DNA from: an uncultured Spirochaetota bacterium
GTDB taxonomy: Bacteria; Spirochaetota; Spirochaetia; SZUA-6; Fen-1364
Direction of reading: 5' to 3'
Length of the DNA stretch: 64,000 nt
Assembly: GCA_963845535.1 (NCBI GenBank)
Contig: CAWJSK010000019.1
Coordinates: 32,001 to 96,000 of the forward strand
Shown in pieces: positions 62,207-64,000 of the stretch. Position 1 is the first letter of the stretch; each line of letters starts with the position of its first letter. A program made the translations under genes and the position numbers. Under the pieces are notes generated by a model. That model had not been told where the DNA came from and did not search any database. It was given only the letters and a program-made list of their open reading frames with translations.

Positions 62207-62900
62207 TTGGATGTCTCCTCCTTAGGTCTGTGACCTTTGTCTACCAGATCGAAGATATGGGCGGCAAAGACCGCGGTCAAAAGAGCCAACCGAAATTGCG
62301 ACCCGTGCCGGGACGCTCGTCCTCCTGGCAGGCGCCTGCATGCGGAGGACGGGGCGGCGCCGCTGGTGAGAACGTGCTGGGATTGGGAGGATGGGACAAG
62401 CGCCAGTCTGCTCTCTCGCGCGGCTCGTTTGCACTGAGCTGCACCAAGAGTCGGGCGAGTTTCTTTGTCACGGGAGACTCTTCGTCAAGAATGACCCCAT
62501 TCCAGCGGCTACGGTGTATCAACGGAAGCGCGCCTTGGGAGAGATGTGTAGCGTCATAGCGGAAAGCCGTGACACTGAGAGCGTCGAGCGATTGGCAATC
62601 GGATTTCTGTAGCATTTGTTTTGCACCTTTCGCCATCCTAGGTGATCGGACGCTTGAGCTCGCCGAGATTGCGCGGGTCGCCAACGCGGAGTCGCGGGCC
62701 GACTGCCACGGGGAATCCTGGCTACAGCCCCGAAGTAATGTTAATGAATTGCAGTCGGTTTTCTTTGAAGCCAAAGCCGATGTTCAGCTCTGAGTTCGTG
62801 CCATAAATCAATTCTATCCAGCCTGGACCCTGGGACGTACAGAGCGGGTTTCTAAGAGCGACGACGATCCACGTTCCGTTTAGCAGGTGACATACGCCAG

Positions 62901-63569
62901 TCAGCTCGATTCGAAGCTTCGACTAGCAACCTCCAGAAAACGATCAGCGTCATCCAGGGACTTCAATCCCTCGACCATAGACGCCTCGTACATCTCGCAG
63001 GCATCCTGGATTGTGCGTCCGATGTCCGCCAGCGCCTCACCGTGGAGCTCCCACGGGCCAGAAATGAAACCGTCGCCTGCCTCAAACTTGATCCAGAAGA
63101 AAGTGCCCCATTCTGGCCGAAGAGCGTGACGCTGGACCATCAAGGAAGGAGGGTTTCCCGCGAAGTGGGGATCGCCGAGCAAGTGCAAAAGAAGCTTCTT
63201 GTCCGTTGATTCGGGAAGATCGAGGTAGAACTCCTTCTTGACCATGTAGCCCATCTTGCTGCAACTCACTGAGCAGCGAAGGAAGAGGAAGTCACCCTCG
63301 TCGAAAAGCATGAAGGTCAGCTTGCGGGCGAGCCGAGGGCCGTCGGCGGTAGATTCAATGGTTGAAGTCAGGTCACGGGGGCGGTAGGGGTAGCCCGTCT
63401 TCTCCAGCTCAGCTCGAATGAAAGGGATGTACCTGTTCACCAGGATCTCGTCCAAGGCGGCAACCGCCATCGGGTTCTCCAGGACGATGCGATCTTGTCT
63501 CGGGTCCGCGTTCGTCGCTTCCCGAACGACCCAGTTCGGGGTTGTCGCCGCCGAACTTTCTCTATCCAT
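62901..63569 (-). CDS. Hypothetical protein
   Basis: About 222-aa ORF with natural composition and coding-like codon usage; no family recognised. Confidence 0.65.
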   Translation of the reverse strand: MDRESSAATTPNWVVREATNADPRQDRIVLENPMAVAALDEILVNRYIPFIRAELEKTGYPYRPRDLTSTIESTADGPRLARKLTFMLFDEGDFLFLRCSVSCSKMGYMVKKEFYLDLPESTDKKLLLHLLGDPHFAGNPPSLMVQRHALRPEWGTFFWIKFEAGDGFISGPWELHGEALADIGRTIQDACEMYEASMVEGLKSLDDADRFLEVASRSFESS

Positions 63570-63687
63570 ACCGCCTGTTTCTCGTGCACTCACTGGCCGT
63601 CCTCCCTGATTCCGCTGCAAACGCTACCTCATCTAGACCGGCTGTGCAAAGGCCCCAGGTGGGTTGGGATGCTTGTTGCCGCTCACG

Positions 63688-63966
63688 TTATGGGATTGCG
63701 CAGGCAATTATCTGCTGCGTGCGTGCTGTTGTAACCGTGCAGAAAAGGACGAGCTCCACCGATACGCAGAGTTCCCGGTTCCGACCGATCGAAGTTTCAT
63801 AAATATCATTCAGACTCCCGACTCGCTTGCGAGCGAACGCCCCCCTTTCGGCCAGCACTTCCTTGGGAATCATCTCCACCGCGAGTGCGATCCCGAGGGG
63901 AATCAAGATGAGGTCGTCGAGGCAGCCCAGGATGGGAATGAAGTCGGCAATGAGGTCAATCGGGCT
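63688..63966 (-). pseudogene. DUF1232 (YkvA) fragment
   Basis: [26 protein letters not shown] motif; the upstream in-frame sequence is not YkvA-like and the tail is degenerate. Confidence 0.65.
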
Positions 63967-64000
63967 CGTGCTCTCAGAGCTAGCGGGCGCAACCTGCGCG

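Noticed and set aside
62230..62880. Short ORFs on both strands
   Set aside because: No recognisable motif, RBS or consistent coding bias; left unannotated.

Overview
A GC-rich chromosomal window, most likely from a free-living anaerobic spirochaete (inferred from the lipoprotein signals, a FlgD-Ig-capped giant surface protein, tRNA-Arg(UCG) and a spirochaete-type small Zn protein). In order, it carries: a partial PIG-L deacetylase and an SDR; a two-component system with a sugar ABC transporter and GH2 beta-galactosidase; a BglII/BstYI-type restriction-modification pair next to tRNA-Pro; lnt and an RRM protein; an argR-C-B-D-G operon with tandem ARG boxes; a metal(loid)-methylation locus; a GT4-fusion/GH130 pair; a frameshift-riddled nucleoside ABC operon; two lipoproteins sharing an identical 368-bp segment, divergent from a 2909-aa repeat-rich surface protein; DHH-CBS, malic enzyme and alpha-2-macroglobulin genes; tRNA-His/Arg/Lys; and a decayed accessory tail. 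The standout is the methylation locus: MFS-hgcA converges on arsM and a Cys-Cys AbrB-fold regulator (hgcC-like), there is no hgcB, the cap helix reads NVWCAAAQ rather than NVWCAAGK, and a 9-bp phased repeat array covers the regulator's promoter. Many single-base frameshifts, mostly insertions in short homopolymers, suggest a noisy long-read consensus, so single-base details need read-level confirmation. All family calls are from motif recognition by eye; no searches were run.
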